Below are positions 27,314 to 40,404 of a stretch of 60,485 nucleotides of DNA, in pieces; within the stretch, counting starts at the first letter, position 1, and each line of letters opens with the position of its first letter. Below the pieces are notes generated by a model, which was given only the letters and a program-made list of their open reading frames with translations, was not told where the DNA came from and did not search any database. The position numbers and the translations under genes were made by a program. Source of the DNA: Octopus sinensis (taxonomy: Eukaryota); assembly GCF_006345805.1 (NCBI RefSeq), contig NW_021832613.1, positions 1 through 60,485 of the forward strand, written 5' to 3'.

Positions 27314-30300
27314 CATCATCATCATAATCGTTTAACGTGCGTTATCCATGCTAGCACGGGTTGGATGGTTCGACCGGGGATCTGGGAAGCCAAAAGGCTG
27401 CACCAGGCTCCGGTTTTATCTGGCAAAGTTTCTACAGCTGGATGCCCTTCCTAATGCCAACCACTCCATGAGTGTAGTGGGTGCTTTTTACGTGCCACCT
27501 GCACTGGTACCAGGCGAGGCTGGCATCGGCCATGGTCGGATTGGTGCATTTTACGTGCCACCTGCACGGAAGCCAGTCGAGGCGGCACTGGCTTCGGCCA
27601 TGATTCGGATGGTGCTTTTTACGTGCCACTGACACGGAAGCCAGTCGAGGCGGCACTGGCTTTGGCCACGATTCAGGTAGTGCTTTTTACGTATCTCCAG
27701 TCCAGGGTTCCTGGCATCTGCCGGGTGCCAATCATAGGATTGGTTCAATTTCGATTTCACTTGCCCCAACAGGTCTTCGCAAGCAAAGGGGGGTTGGCAT
27801 AGGTGCCTGTCATCGGATGAGGTTCGATATCGACTTCACTTGCCTCAACAGGTCTTTGTGTGTCCAAGGGAGGAAAGGCATGCATAAGTGGGCTGGGCTC
27901 ACTTGTCCTGCCTGGTCTTTTCATGCACAGCATATTTCCAAAGGTCTCGGTCGCTGGTCATTTCCTCAGTGAGGCCTAAAGTTCGAAGGTCGTGCTTCAC
28001 CACCTTGTCTCAAGTTTTCCTGGGTCTACCTCTTCCATGGGTTCCCTCCACTGCTAGGGATTGGCACTTTTTCACACACCTATCTTCATCCATTCTCGCC
28101 ACATGACCATACCAGCGCAATCGTCTCTCTTGCACACCACAACTGATGCTTCTTAGGTCCAACTTTTCTCTCAAGGTACTAACGCTCTGTCGAGCATGCA
28201 CACTGACATTACACATCCATCGGCGCATATTGGCTTCATTTCTTGCGAGCTTACGCATGTCCTCAGCAGTCACGGCCCATGTAGCATGGCTGTTCATACA
28301 CATGCATCATACAGTCTGCCTTTTACTCTGAGCGAGAGGCCTTTAGTCACCAGCAGAGGTAAGAGCTCCCTAATCTTTGCCAAGGCTATTCTTACTCTAG
28401 CCGTTACACTTTCAGCCCACCCACCCCCACTACTGACTTGGTCACCAAGATAACGGAAGCTATCAACTACTTCTAGTTTTTCCCCCTGAAAAGTGACGGA
28501 AGTTGTTTTCTGCAGATTTTCAGAGGTTAATGCTCCCGAGCATCTGCCACATACAAAAACCATCTTCCTAGTTAGCCTTCCTTTGACATTGCTGCACCTC
28601 CTATGTGTCCATAAATTACACTTGGTGCATCTTATAGAGTTTCTACCTACACCTTTTCTACAAATCGAGCAGGGCCATCTACCTGAAGGCATTTGTGATT
28701 TGTCTACCTTCCTACTTATTACGACTTTGGTTTTAGCTAGATTGACTCTAAGGCCCTTCGATTCTAAACCTTGCTTCCACACCTGAAACTTCTCCTCCAG
28801 TTCTGATAGTGACTCAGCAATTAGAGCAAGGTCACCAGCATAGAGGAGCTCCCAGGGGCATCCTGTCTTGAATTCCTCCGTTATTGCCTGTAGGACTATG
28901 ATAAATAGGAGGGGGCTGAGGACTGAGCCTTGGTGGACCCCTACCTCTACCCGGAATTCTTCACTGTACTCGTTGCCAACCCTCACCTTACTAGCAGCGT
29001 CCCTGTACATGGCTTGCACAGCTCTCACTAACCATTCATCTATCCCTAGTTTCCTCATTGACCACCAGATGAGGTATCGGGGGACCCTGTCAAAGGCTTT
29101 CTCCATGTCAACGAAAACCAGGTACAGGGGCTTATCTTTGGCTAGGTATTTCTCCTGCAGCTGCCTTACCAGGAATATAGCATCAGTGGTACTTTTCCCT
29201 GGCACGAACCCAAACTGCATCTCATCTAAACTAACTCTCTCTCTAATTAGTTGGGTTATGACCCTCTCTGTAACCTTCATCACCTGATCCAACAGCTTGA
29301 TACCTCTGTAATAATTTGTATCTAGGGCGTCACCCTTACCTTTGTAACAGTTGACTATTATGCTGCTACACCAGTCATTGGGTATGACTCCTTCGTGTAT
29401 CACCTGATTAACTATATGGGTGACTAGGCTATAGCCGACACTACCAGATATTTTGAGCATCTCTGCAGTGATACCTGATGGGCCTGGGGCTTTCCCTGTC
29501 TTCATGCCTCTAATTGCCTTAACTACCAAGGAACTATCAACTCTGATAGCTGGTCCCTCTGTTGGGTCAACATTCGGCAGACTCTCTTTATCCCATTCAT
29601 TTTCTTTATTCAGCAATCTTTCATAGTGGCGTCTCCAAACCTCTCTCTTTGCATCCTCATTTAGCGCAAGTGAAACATCTACCATGCGAACACACTTCTC
29701 TCCTACCACATCACAATTCTCTCTCACACACTGTCTTGTAACGCAAAACACCTCCAGTCCTTGGTCGTCACGGCACAGAACATTGGCAAATTTTTTCTTA
29801 TCTGCTTCCCCTCTGGCTAGATAGACCTGTCTCCTAGCTTCCCTTTTAGCAGTCTGATACAATTCCCTGCTACCACCATTCTTCCAGTCCTTCTAAGTCT
29901 GTCTCTTTTCTCTAATAGCCCTGTCTACAACACTGTTCCACCACCACGTTACTTTGGGACGAGAGGGGACTCTATCCCCTTCTACTTCGTCAAAAGCTTC
30001 AAGTAGCATGTCCCTAAATCTCTGTCCATTCGTAGGATCTCTACGCTTCAAGATCCTTCTTCTCCATGTTGGTCGTCCTCTTAGTCCTGATCCTAAAGTC
30101 ACTAACTACCAGTCTATGTTGTGGGGTACATTCTTCGCCTGGGAAGGTTTTGGCATTTATAAGTAGCCATCTCTCCCTTTGCCTGGCAAGGATGTAGTCA
30201 ATTTGGCTGGTATGTTGGCCCGATCGGTAGGTGACTAGGTGGCTGGTAGGTTTCCTGAAGTTAGTATTGCAAATCATAAGATTATTTGCATCGCGGAACT

Positions 30301-30647
30301 CCAGCAGCCTGGTTCCCTCCTCGTTGCGGGAACCATAGCCATAGCCTCCATGTACGCCATGGAAGCCCCCAGCATGTCGTCCAATGTGACTATTGAAGTC
30401 ACCAGCCACAAAGAGAAGGTCTGTCATTCGTCAACGAGGTAGTCTGCAACAGAGTGTCATAGAATCGGTCTTTCTGTCCATCAGGTAACCCCGGCTGAGG
30501 AGCATAGGCCGATATCATGGTTGCTAATCCATGATGAAGCACTAATCTAATCTTAAGTATTGTCACATACTCTGATTACCTCAATTACTTTATCTACCCA
30601 TTTCTCAGCGATAAGTATACCCACGCCACCAACCCCGTCAGTGTTCC
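27314..30647 (-). mobile_element. RTE-clade LINE copy 1, 5'-truncated in the endonuclease, inserted after unit duplication
   Basis: EN (AGDFN, SQIDYIL), RT (QFGFVPG, KAFDRVP, GSVLSPLLF, YAGD), PHD finger, (GAT)n 3' end; flanks rejoin to the uninterrupted paralog at ~13575-13600. Confidence 0.93.
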
Positions 30648-31789
30648 TTATATGTAAAATATAGGGGTCACAATATAATGTAACACATCAGTTCAAGTGA
30701 AAAAAAAACATTACTTTTCACTCTGTATTCACCATCACAACCACCACCATCATCTGTCTCTCTCTACCTTTCTTTAATCTCTCCATCAGAACATCACCCA
30801 CCTTCCAAAATTATATTACACGTACATTATTTTTGTGGGAGGTTTGGATAATATTTTTTGCAAGGTAATTACAAATCACATAAGGAGACCGGAGAAAAGT
30901 TTGATATTATTTATTCAGCATTACATGTGTTTCATTTCCTAATAGGAATCAAAAACTTTTAGATGTGTAGAAAACATGTAAGATATTTCCTATAAGAAAT
31001 TCTTCAGACATACATGCGTCTGTATGTGTGTGTACCCATGTCCAGATATTATGTGATGTTCGTAAAGGGAGATCATGACCGTCATACTTGTGCAGTTGTT
31101 CACTTCCAGTCCTCTGTGTAAAATATGTCTCACCAGGGAAGATATTTCCTTGCTTGGAAACAGGTGAAGATTGGTCACAAGAAAGGGACCCAGATTTAGA
31201 AAATCTGCATCAATGAATTCCATCTGATCCACAGAAGCATGAATAGGAGAATGTTAATTGATGAGGATCATCATCATCGTGGTTCCTCTTCTGTATCAAT
31301 GCATTTACATTTCAATTATTGATCATTTTCATAGATTGATTTAGCACAAATAGCTTAGATTACAGTTATATCTTTCATATTAAAAGGACTGTGTACAAAC
31401 AATTCACCATTTTGAAAGAATGATTCAGGTTTAACATCACAGTGATATGTTTTCCTTCCTCTGTCAATGCTCTTTTGATTCAATAATGGATGATTTCATG
31501 TCAAAGATTTACCATAGATGTCACATTCATATAGTTTCTATATTCTGTGGATGTCTTTATGAGATACGTCCTTTGTCCTTCTGAGGAAATGTTATACAAC
31601 AAATATCACTGTGTTATGGACCCACTTCATAAGGAAAGACTCCTGTTTAAATCAGAAATGATTTTGTGTAAATGATTTACCACAGATATCACTGTGAATT
31701 GATTTTACTTGAGTGTTAATGCATTTGTGTATAGTTAAGTGACTGTTTCCAGAGAACGTCTTACCATAGATATCACAGGGGTATGGTTT

Positions 31790-32648
<859 letters not shown>

Positions 32649-32720
32649 CTCTTCAAGAAAAATATAATCAATCCTTCAAGTTGTACAGATCAACAACTTT
32701 TCAAAAATATTTCTCCTCTC

Positions 32721-34391
32721 ACCCCGAAAGGATGAAGGGTAAAATCGACCTTGGCGGAATTTGAACTGAAAACGTAAAGATAGACAAAATACTTCTAAGT
32801 ATTTCATATATATAATATATATAAACTCGGTAGAAGTAAAGACCTGAACCCTTCAAAGGGATGTTTAGCATCGAAGTTCATGACGAAAATCCTACTTTAT
32901 AACATTAAAAGGATTATATTTTTCTCAAAGTTACGAGGGAATCATCCGACGTCCTCTCCACACCCCCTCGGAAAAGATTTTCCCCACAAATTTCTTTATA
33001 ATCCTAATCTATACCGTCTGAAAGGTATTTATATAAAATTTCATTTATAAAAACCCATTTTAAAGTTATGTGAAAAAAACGTCGGATCTTGTGAATGTTC
33101 CGAAGGTCTCTCCCCACCCCCGTTGCTTTCCGGGCCTTTTTGTTCTCAGATTCGTTCCCTACCCTCTTTTTTTTTTTACACCAGTTCCATTTATTTTGTT
33201 TTTTCGATTCCGTTCCCGGGTAATAATGCCAACATACAAGGATGTATATTGCAACAGGATCAGTTTCGGTATCACTGGAGGGGTGTCCGATCTGATCCCG
33301 TCACAGTCAATTTTAGCTAAAATAACAGAAAAGTCAGGCGATCTACGAACACAGCAAAACGGTTGTTTATTTCTGGTCGTAATGTAGAACTGGTGCACGT
33401 GTTCTGTGGCGGGAAACCGACAGCCGAATCTGCAGCACTGGTTGCTCGCTTTCTTGTTTGTTAGTCGAACGATTTGTCGGGTTCGCTGCTTGGTTGGTGA
33501 GAAGTCCTCAGAGAGACTGCCAATACACGTCCATCACCGGGTGCTGCAAGAGCCAGAAAAGATGAGGGAGCGAACCGCGTTTTAGGGTTCACTTTCCCGC
33601 ACATGTGCATAAGGAAGACTTCCGGTGCGCAACCGGAAGTAACTCCATTCTGCGCATGTGCAATGAATCTTAGACAGCAGCATCAAAGCGAACTCGTGGA
33701 ATTCAGCTGGAAAATTATAAGATTCCTGAAATACTGAAATTTTCACTACACTCGAACATTTCCACACATAGCAGCAAAACGGAAAAGATCGGAAAAGGGT
33801 TGATGATAATAACAATAACAGTGACGAAGCCGAATATTGAAGAAATCTCTTTCACAAAATACCAAATCTATTAAAGTAGAGCCGCAATTCTTTGAAGACT
33901 GGAGTTAGTTCCCTTTGTTCATTGCCAAAACTCTTCCTCATTAAGTGTATTTCTTGTTCTTGTTTCTCATGCACCTTGATTGTTTGATCAGTTCCACTTG
34001 ACAACTGATATTTAAGAGAAAATCCAATCAAATATATACAAATGATTGGTAATTAACTGTCTAAACAAACAGATACAGCATTTACGATTATGTGGACCTG
34101 AAAAATATTAATTAACGTTTGTTGTAGAAAACTAGAAATTCTCTTGAAGCTGTCGTTGTCCACTCTGACTCCAGTTCTCACATCTTCCTCCTTCACTATT
34201 TCTCTCCATATCTATTACTATGTAAGTATTTATTTAAACATTTCTATTATATATGTGTCGTATTATGTACATTTATTTGTTTCGATGTGTTGAGAAAGTT
34301 AAAAGGAAAAAAAATCTCACTAAGACGAAATTATACGAAAGGCTGTAATTTTAATACTTTCATTGTGTTGTCGTTTTCTTTTAGACATTTC
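32721..34391 (+). repeat. Near-identical duplicate of 6465-8131 (SINE fragment, promoter, exon 1, intron start)
   Basis: Only a handful of differences over ~1.67 kb by eye. Confidence 0.92.
33596..33662. promoter_or_regulatory. Putative ZNF core promoter (unit 3), ETS palindrome plus NRF1-like sites
   Basis: Identical to 7336-7402. Confidence 0.65.
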
Positions 34392-35605
34392 ATTGCACTT
34401 TTGGTTATTTTCTAAATTATTTGTAAAAACGTCGGATCAATCCCTTGTTTAGATAACATTTATCTTTCTTTCTAACGTGTAAATTTGACAATTTCGTTAA
34501 ATACGAGAAAATTACGACGTAATTAGTAAGAAATGGGGAATGTATAAAAATACGAGTGTGCACTTGAAATACTGAAACGAAAAGCAAATATCGTTTCGAG
34601 AGGAAATGGAACAGCTTTTATTTGAGACATAGGAAGTCTTTATTTCTGGTGGTTCTTCTGCATCATTAAAAGTTAGAACTAATATGGTTTTCTAATTTAT
34701 TTAATTTTTGTGTGTGTTGAGTGTTGCTTTAAGCACCTAATATAATCCCTCGTCACATATTTTTATTTGGGGGAATTTTCAGAAATTTTTGCGTTCGAGA
34801 ATTCGTTCGGTCATGCAACCAAAAAAAGAAAAAAATCAACTGCGATTTATGAGCTATTTAGCTGTTATTTTTCGCACATCTCACGACCAGTATGGTAATA
34901 ATTCTCTGCTTAAGTTCCTCTGGGCTTGCAGGAAGAGGGGAGACATAGACCAGGCCATCCCCCAGAAAGAAATGGCAAGCAACATCACGTTGCCTTCTTC
35001 AGGACGCGCCAAACTCTTTGGAGGAATCTGGCTTTCATTCTCCACATCAACCAATAATTTTTCCTACATTAAAATTACCCCACTAAGGATTTTGATGCTG
35101 TTAGTGAGACATCAATATTATTTACTGACATTTATTCATCTTTTATGCTCACCTAAATATTAACGTTGAGCTAACCGTATATATATATATATGTGTGTGT
35201 GTGTGTATTTGTATATATGGCTCCCATGCAAGTGGCATGTAAAAAGTACCATTCGAGCATGATTGATGCTAGTGCTGCCTGACTTGCACCCATGCCGGTG
35301 GCACATACAAAGCACCATTCAGGCATGGTCGATGCCAATACTACCTGACTGGCTCTGTGGCACATGAAAGGCAACTGCTACACGCTCAAACAGCATCCAG
35401 CTGTAGAAATCTTGCCTGATAAGATTGAAACCTTGTTCAGCCTCATGGCTTGCCAGTCCTCAGTCAAACCTCACAACCCATGCCAGCGTGGAAAGCAGAT
35501 GTTAAACGATGATGATGAAGGTAGAGAAAGAGCGATGTCTGTTTTAGCAAACAAAGATACAAGACTGCAATGAAAACATCAGAAATCTAGTGTCATTTAT
35601 ATGTA

Positions 35606-35982
35606 CACTACCGTCAGAAATTAATTAGCACCCTTGATTTGCTCTTCACTCAAGGTATGTGCTGTCACCTAGTGGCCATATCTCGAACTATTGCTTTGTT
35701 GCGAGTTCACTGTTGCGCAGAACGATGACGTAACTTTGTTTGCAGAGCAGTTTGAGAGTCTACAGCGTTATGATGTTGACATAGCAGTGCAACAACTTGG
35801 AGTGCGGATGCAGACAAATCTTCCTTTGTTTAATAGATATAGGTAGCGCCTCGCAAGGACCGAAATCACACCATACTAAGGTTTCTCATCGCGTAAGACG
35901 TTTTGAACAGCTCATAGGTCAATTGATTTAACCTATTTAATGTAGAAATTTGAGAAGTGCTAATTAATTTCTGACGCAAGTG
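35606..35982. mobile_element. Tc1/mariner-type MITE, 377 bp
   Basis: TIRs cactaccgtcagaaattaattagcac / gtgctaattaatttctgacgcaagtg; TA duplication at 35604-35605 and 35983-35984; empty site atgtatattgg at ~10540. Confidence 0.9.
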
Positions 35983-36634
35983 TATATTGGTGTGTGTGTG
36001 GAAGTGTGTCTATGACAGACTTTATATTCCAGGAGTTGGTATATTAGATTTATAAACATTTTGGTAATGCAGAAATTGGATAAATTTAATGGTTCAAATA
36101 AAGAATTACTTCTACAATTTATGAAAACAGAAATGTCGTAAATTTGCAGTTTTGAATATCTGCCTTTTAAACATACTTGATGTCTTATATTATTTTTTCT
36201 ATTCTTTCAGAAAAATCACGTGAAATTGGCTAAAAAGTATTTTTTACTTTTAAAGAATCATCAATATGTATCATGTTTGAAAGACTCTGCAAAGATATTC
36301 TACAAACGTATAATCCTGCTTCTAGAAAACATTGCTGAATTACAGTAAAATATTTCCTCTGAGAGAGAAAGCATTTCTTTACTTCTGAAATGTGCAAGAG
36401 ATAATTTTCTCTTTTAAATATACTTTGATAGATTTTGAAACAGTATTTGTGACATTTTTTAGTATTGGCATTGACCACATTTAGAAGAAATATAAGAGAA
36501 GTGATATTTGTTTGGAATAAACTATAAAAGCCAAAAGAAGCAAAATATCCATAAATTTTGGTGAGAGGAAAAATATTATTGAAAAGTTGTTGATCTGTAC
36601 AACTTGAAGGATTGATTTCATTTTTCTTGAAGAG

Positions 36635-37504
36635 ATGTCGGAAGAATTAACAAAATCATCATATGACTGTGACATCTGCAAAGAATCATTCTTAGAAGAA
36701 AGTAAATTCAATCAACACAAACAAATTCATGAAGGGGAAGCACCATATCACTGTACTGTCTGTGGTAAATCATTGTCTGACAGGAGTAGCTTTGCTCGTC
36801 ACAAACGTATTCATACAGGGGAGAAGCCATATCACTGTAGTATCTGTGGTAAATCATTCTCTCATGCTCAAAGCTTAGCTATTCACAAACAAGTCCATAC
36901 AGGGCAGAAACCATATCACTGTGATATCTGTAGTAAATCATTCTCTGATGGCAGTAGCTTAACCAAACACAAGCGTATTCATACAGGGGAGAAACCATAT
37001 CAATGTGATATCTGTGGTAAATCATTCTCTGATGGCAGTAGCTTAACTCGACACAAAGGTATTCATACAGGGGAGAAACCATATTGCTGTCAAGTCTGTG
37101 GTAAATCATTCTCTCGTTATCATAGCTTAGCTCTTCACATACGTATTCATACAGTTGACAAAACATATAACTGTGATATCTGTGGTAAATCATTATGTAG
37201 TGGCGGTAGCTTATCGAAACACAAACGTATTCATACTGGGGAGAAACCATATCACTGTGATATCTGTGGTAAGTCATTCTCTCAGGACAGTGGCTTAACT
37301 CAACACAAAAGTATCCATACAAAAGAGAAACCATATTCCTGTGATATCTGTGGAAGATCATTCTCTTATAGCGGTAGCTTAACTACTCACAAATGGATTC
37401 ATACAGGTGAGAAACCATATACCTGTGATATCTGTGGTACATCATTCTCTGAAAGCCGTAGCTTAACTAGACACAAGCATATTCATACAGGGGCGGAACC
37501 ATAA
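36635..37504 (+). CDS. C2H2 zinc-finger protein (ZNF-D), 10 intact fingers
   Basis: 289-aa uninterrupted ORF with all Cys/His ligands present; has promoter, donor (34222) and acceptor (36210). Confidence 0.9.
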   Translation: MSEELTKSSYDCDICKESFLEESKFNQHKQIHEGEAPYHCTVCGKSLSDRSSFARHKRIHTGEKPYHCSICGKSFSHAQSLAIHKQVHTGQKPYHCDICSKSFSDGSSLTKHKRIHTGEKPYQCDICGKSFSDGSSLTRHKGIHTGEKPYCCQVCGKSFSRYHSLALHIRIHTVDKTYNCDICGKSLCSGGSLSKHKRIHTGEKPYHCDICGKSFSQDSGLTQHKSIHTKEKPYSCDICGRSFSYSGSLTTHKWIHTGEKPYTCDICGTSFSESRSLTRHKHIHTGAEP

Positions 37505-39584
37505 CCTTGTAATATCTGTGGTAAACCTTTCTCTCAGAACAGTGGCTTAACTCACCACAACCGTATTCATACAGGGTAGAAACCCTGTGATATCTATGGT
37601 AAGATGTTCTCTGGAAACAGTCACTTAGCTATACACAAATGCATTCACACTCAAGAAAAATCAATTCACAGTGATATCTGTGGCAAATCATTTACACAAA
37701 ATCATTTCTGATTTAAACAGAAGTCTTTCCTTATGAAGTGGGTCCATAACACAGTGATATTTGTTGTACAACATTTCCTCAGAAGGACAAAGGACGTATC
37801 TCATAAAGACATCCACAGAATATAGAAACTATATGAACATCTATGGTAAATCTTTGACATGAAATCATCCATTATTGAATCAAAAGAGCATTGACAGAGG
37901 AAGGAAAACCTATCACTGTGATGTTAAACCTGAATCATTCTTTCAAAATGGTGAATTGTTTGTACAGTCCTATTAATATGAAAGATATAACTGTAGCCTT
38001 AGCTATTTGTGCTAAATCAATCTATGAAAATGATCAATTATTGAAATGTAAATGCATTGATACAGAAGAGGAACCACGATGATGATGATCCTCATCATTT
38101 AACATTCTCCTATTCTTGCTTCTGTGGATTAGATGGAATTCATTGATGCAGATTTTCTACATCTGGGTACCTTTCTTGTGACCAATCCTCACCTGTTTCC
38201 AAGCAAGGAAATATTTTCCCTGGTGAGACATATTTTACACAGAAGACTGGAAGTGAACAACTGCACAAGTATGACGGTCATGATGGCCCTTTACGAACAT
38301 CACATAATATCTGGACAAGGGTACACACACATACAGACACATGTATGTCTGAAGAATTTCTTATAGGAAATATCTTACATGTTTTCTACACATGTAAAAT
38401 ATTTTGATTCCTATTAGGAAATGAAACACATGTAATGCTGAATAAATAATATCAAACTTTTCTCCGGTCTCCTTGTGTGATTTGTAATAACCTTGCAAAA
38501 AATATTATCCAAACCTCCCACAAAAATAATGTACGTGTATATATGTAATCACAAGCTTCTTTGTTCAACTTGTGTATTTATGTTAGTTAGAGTAGTGGGG
38601 TGAGGGGGGGGGAAAGTAAAGGAAGGTGGTCTTATAATAATTCTGCTTGTCATTACATTACTTAGGTCGTCAGTAACACTTTCATGTGATTGGAGAGAAA
38701 GGATAAGGCCATGAGTGAGACGGGAAGAGAGAGAAGCGTGCATGACGTGATAGGGGGACATATTTAGTTGAAGGTTGAGATATAGAGGAGAGTTAGGAAT
38801 ATAATTTTAGAAGGTGGGTAATGTTCTGATGGAGAGATTAAAGAAAGGTAGAGAGAGACATGATGGTGGTGGTTGTGATGGTGAATACAGAGTGAAAAGT
38901 AATGTTTTTTTTACTTGAACAAAGTTTTTTTTACAACACCTACAAATTGAAATGTGTATTGGCTCTCTGACCCATCACCTTGGCTTACAAGTTACCACTG
39001 ATGTGGTTTTCAGAGTAAGCAAAGTTACATTAAATTCTGACCCCTATATTTTACATATAAGGTATTTGTTTTAGTATACAAGAAATTGTGCCCATGTAAA
39101 TTTTAAAATGTAATTTTTTTCTGTTCATGAGAAAACTGGAAAAATATGAGCGAATATTTATTTTATGAGTGCTGTGTCTAAAATTGTGCATAAAGTGTAT
39201 TAAGTAATTACCGTAATCCAATTTCCTTCAGTTTTCAGTGAGTAGCAGATGAGCGACTATCTTTTGATGCAGACACAATACAGGCTCCACTTTAGAGTGT
39301 TTTGGTTTCAGGAATAACCCAATACATTGCCTCACTAGACACCGAGGCCATGACTAGTGACCGGGACCATTTGTTTTTGGATAATGGATAAACAGCTAAA
39401 AGATTATATAAATATATATTTATAAAATTAAAGACTTAAATCTGTACAAGATGCAAAGCAAAAAGAAAAGAATTCAATTAAGAATGCATCTGGTGAAAGA
39501 ATATTGGTTTAAAAAACATACGACATAAAAATGATAACAATGAAGACTATAGGGAATATGAGGGAGATAGGGTGAATCCTTTCT

Positions 39585-39950
39585 TTTTGACAATGGTCGG
39601 GCATTGTCCTGTTGGAAGACTAATGCTTTTCTGTTGGTAATCTCCAGCCGCAGTTCTTTGATATATTTTGGTTCAAATTAGCCAGTTGATGACAGAACAC
39701 ATCAGAATTAATGGTTTGGTTTTATGGGAGAAGGTCGTAATAAACAATGCCTTTATGATCCCACAAAGCACAGGTGTGTTGCCATGGATATTCATCTTTG
39801 GTTGCTTGGGGGATATTTCTTCAAACTCCAGGATCAGTTTTGCACAACATTAAGCATGCAATCCATTTTTCATCTTCAGTCACAATTCGTTTCCAAAGAA
39901 GGGCATGCTTTCTTTCCATTTCAAAAGCATATCCCAAATGGAATACTGGT
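39585..39950 (-). mobile_element. Mariner transposase remnant (unit 3)
   Basis: Paralog of 14110-14490. Confidence 0.85.
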
Positions 39951-40404
39951 CCTAGCAATTCTTATCTGAGTGTTTCAAGCACCCATATATTAGAATAAGA
40001 TAGAAAGAGGGACAGAGAGAAGTGTACATAATATGTGATAGGGGATACATATAATATTTATTACATCGTTAAAAACGTTAGTTGAAGTTGATGATATAGA
40101 GAAGTTAGCAATATAATTTTAGCAGAGTGGTGATGTTCTGATGGTGAGATTTAAGGCACAGAGATAGAGAGATGATGGTTGTGGTGGAGGAAATAGTGAT
40201 GGACAGTGCATAGTTAAAAGTAATTTGTTTTTAATTGAACAAAGTTTTTTATGTCACGTATTGCAGAATCGTATGAATTTCTGTATAAAAAGTACAAAAT
40301 CACAATAATTTGATATTTCACACCCCTTTTTTTACATGAACAAAATGACAGCTTCCAAATATTGTTTTCTAAATGGGTAAGAAAGATCAAACTTTAAACC
40401 ACAG

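Noticed and set aside
27478-27700. CRISPR-like repeat-spacer appearance
   Set aside because: Eukaryotic context, degenerate repeats within a LINE 3' UTR, and no cas genes.
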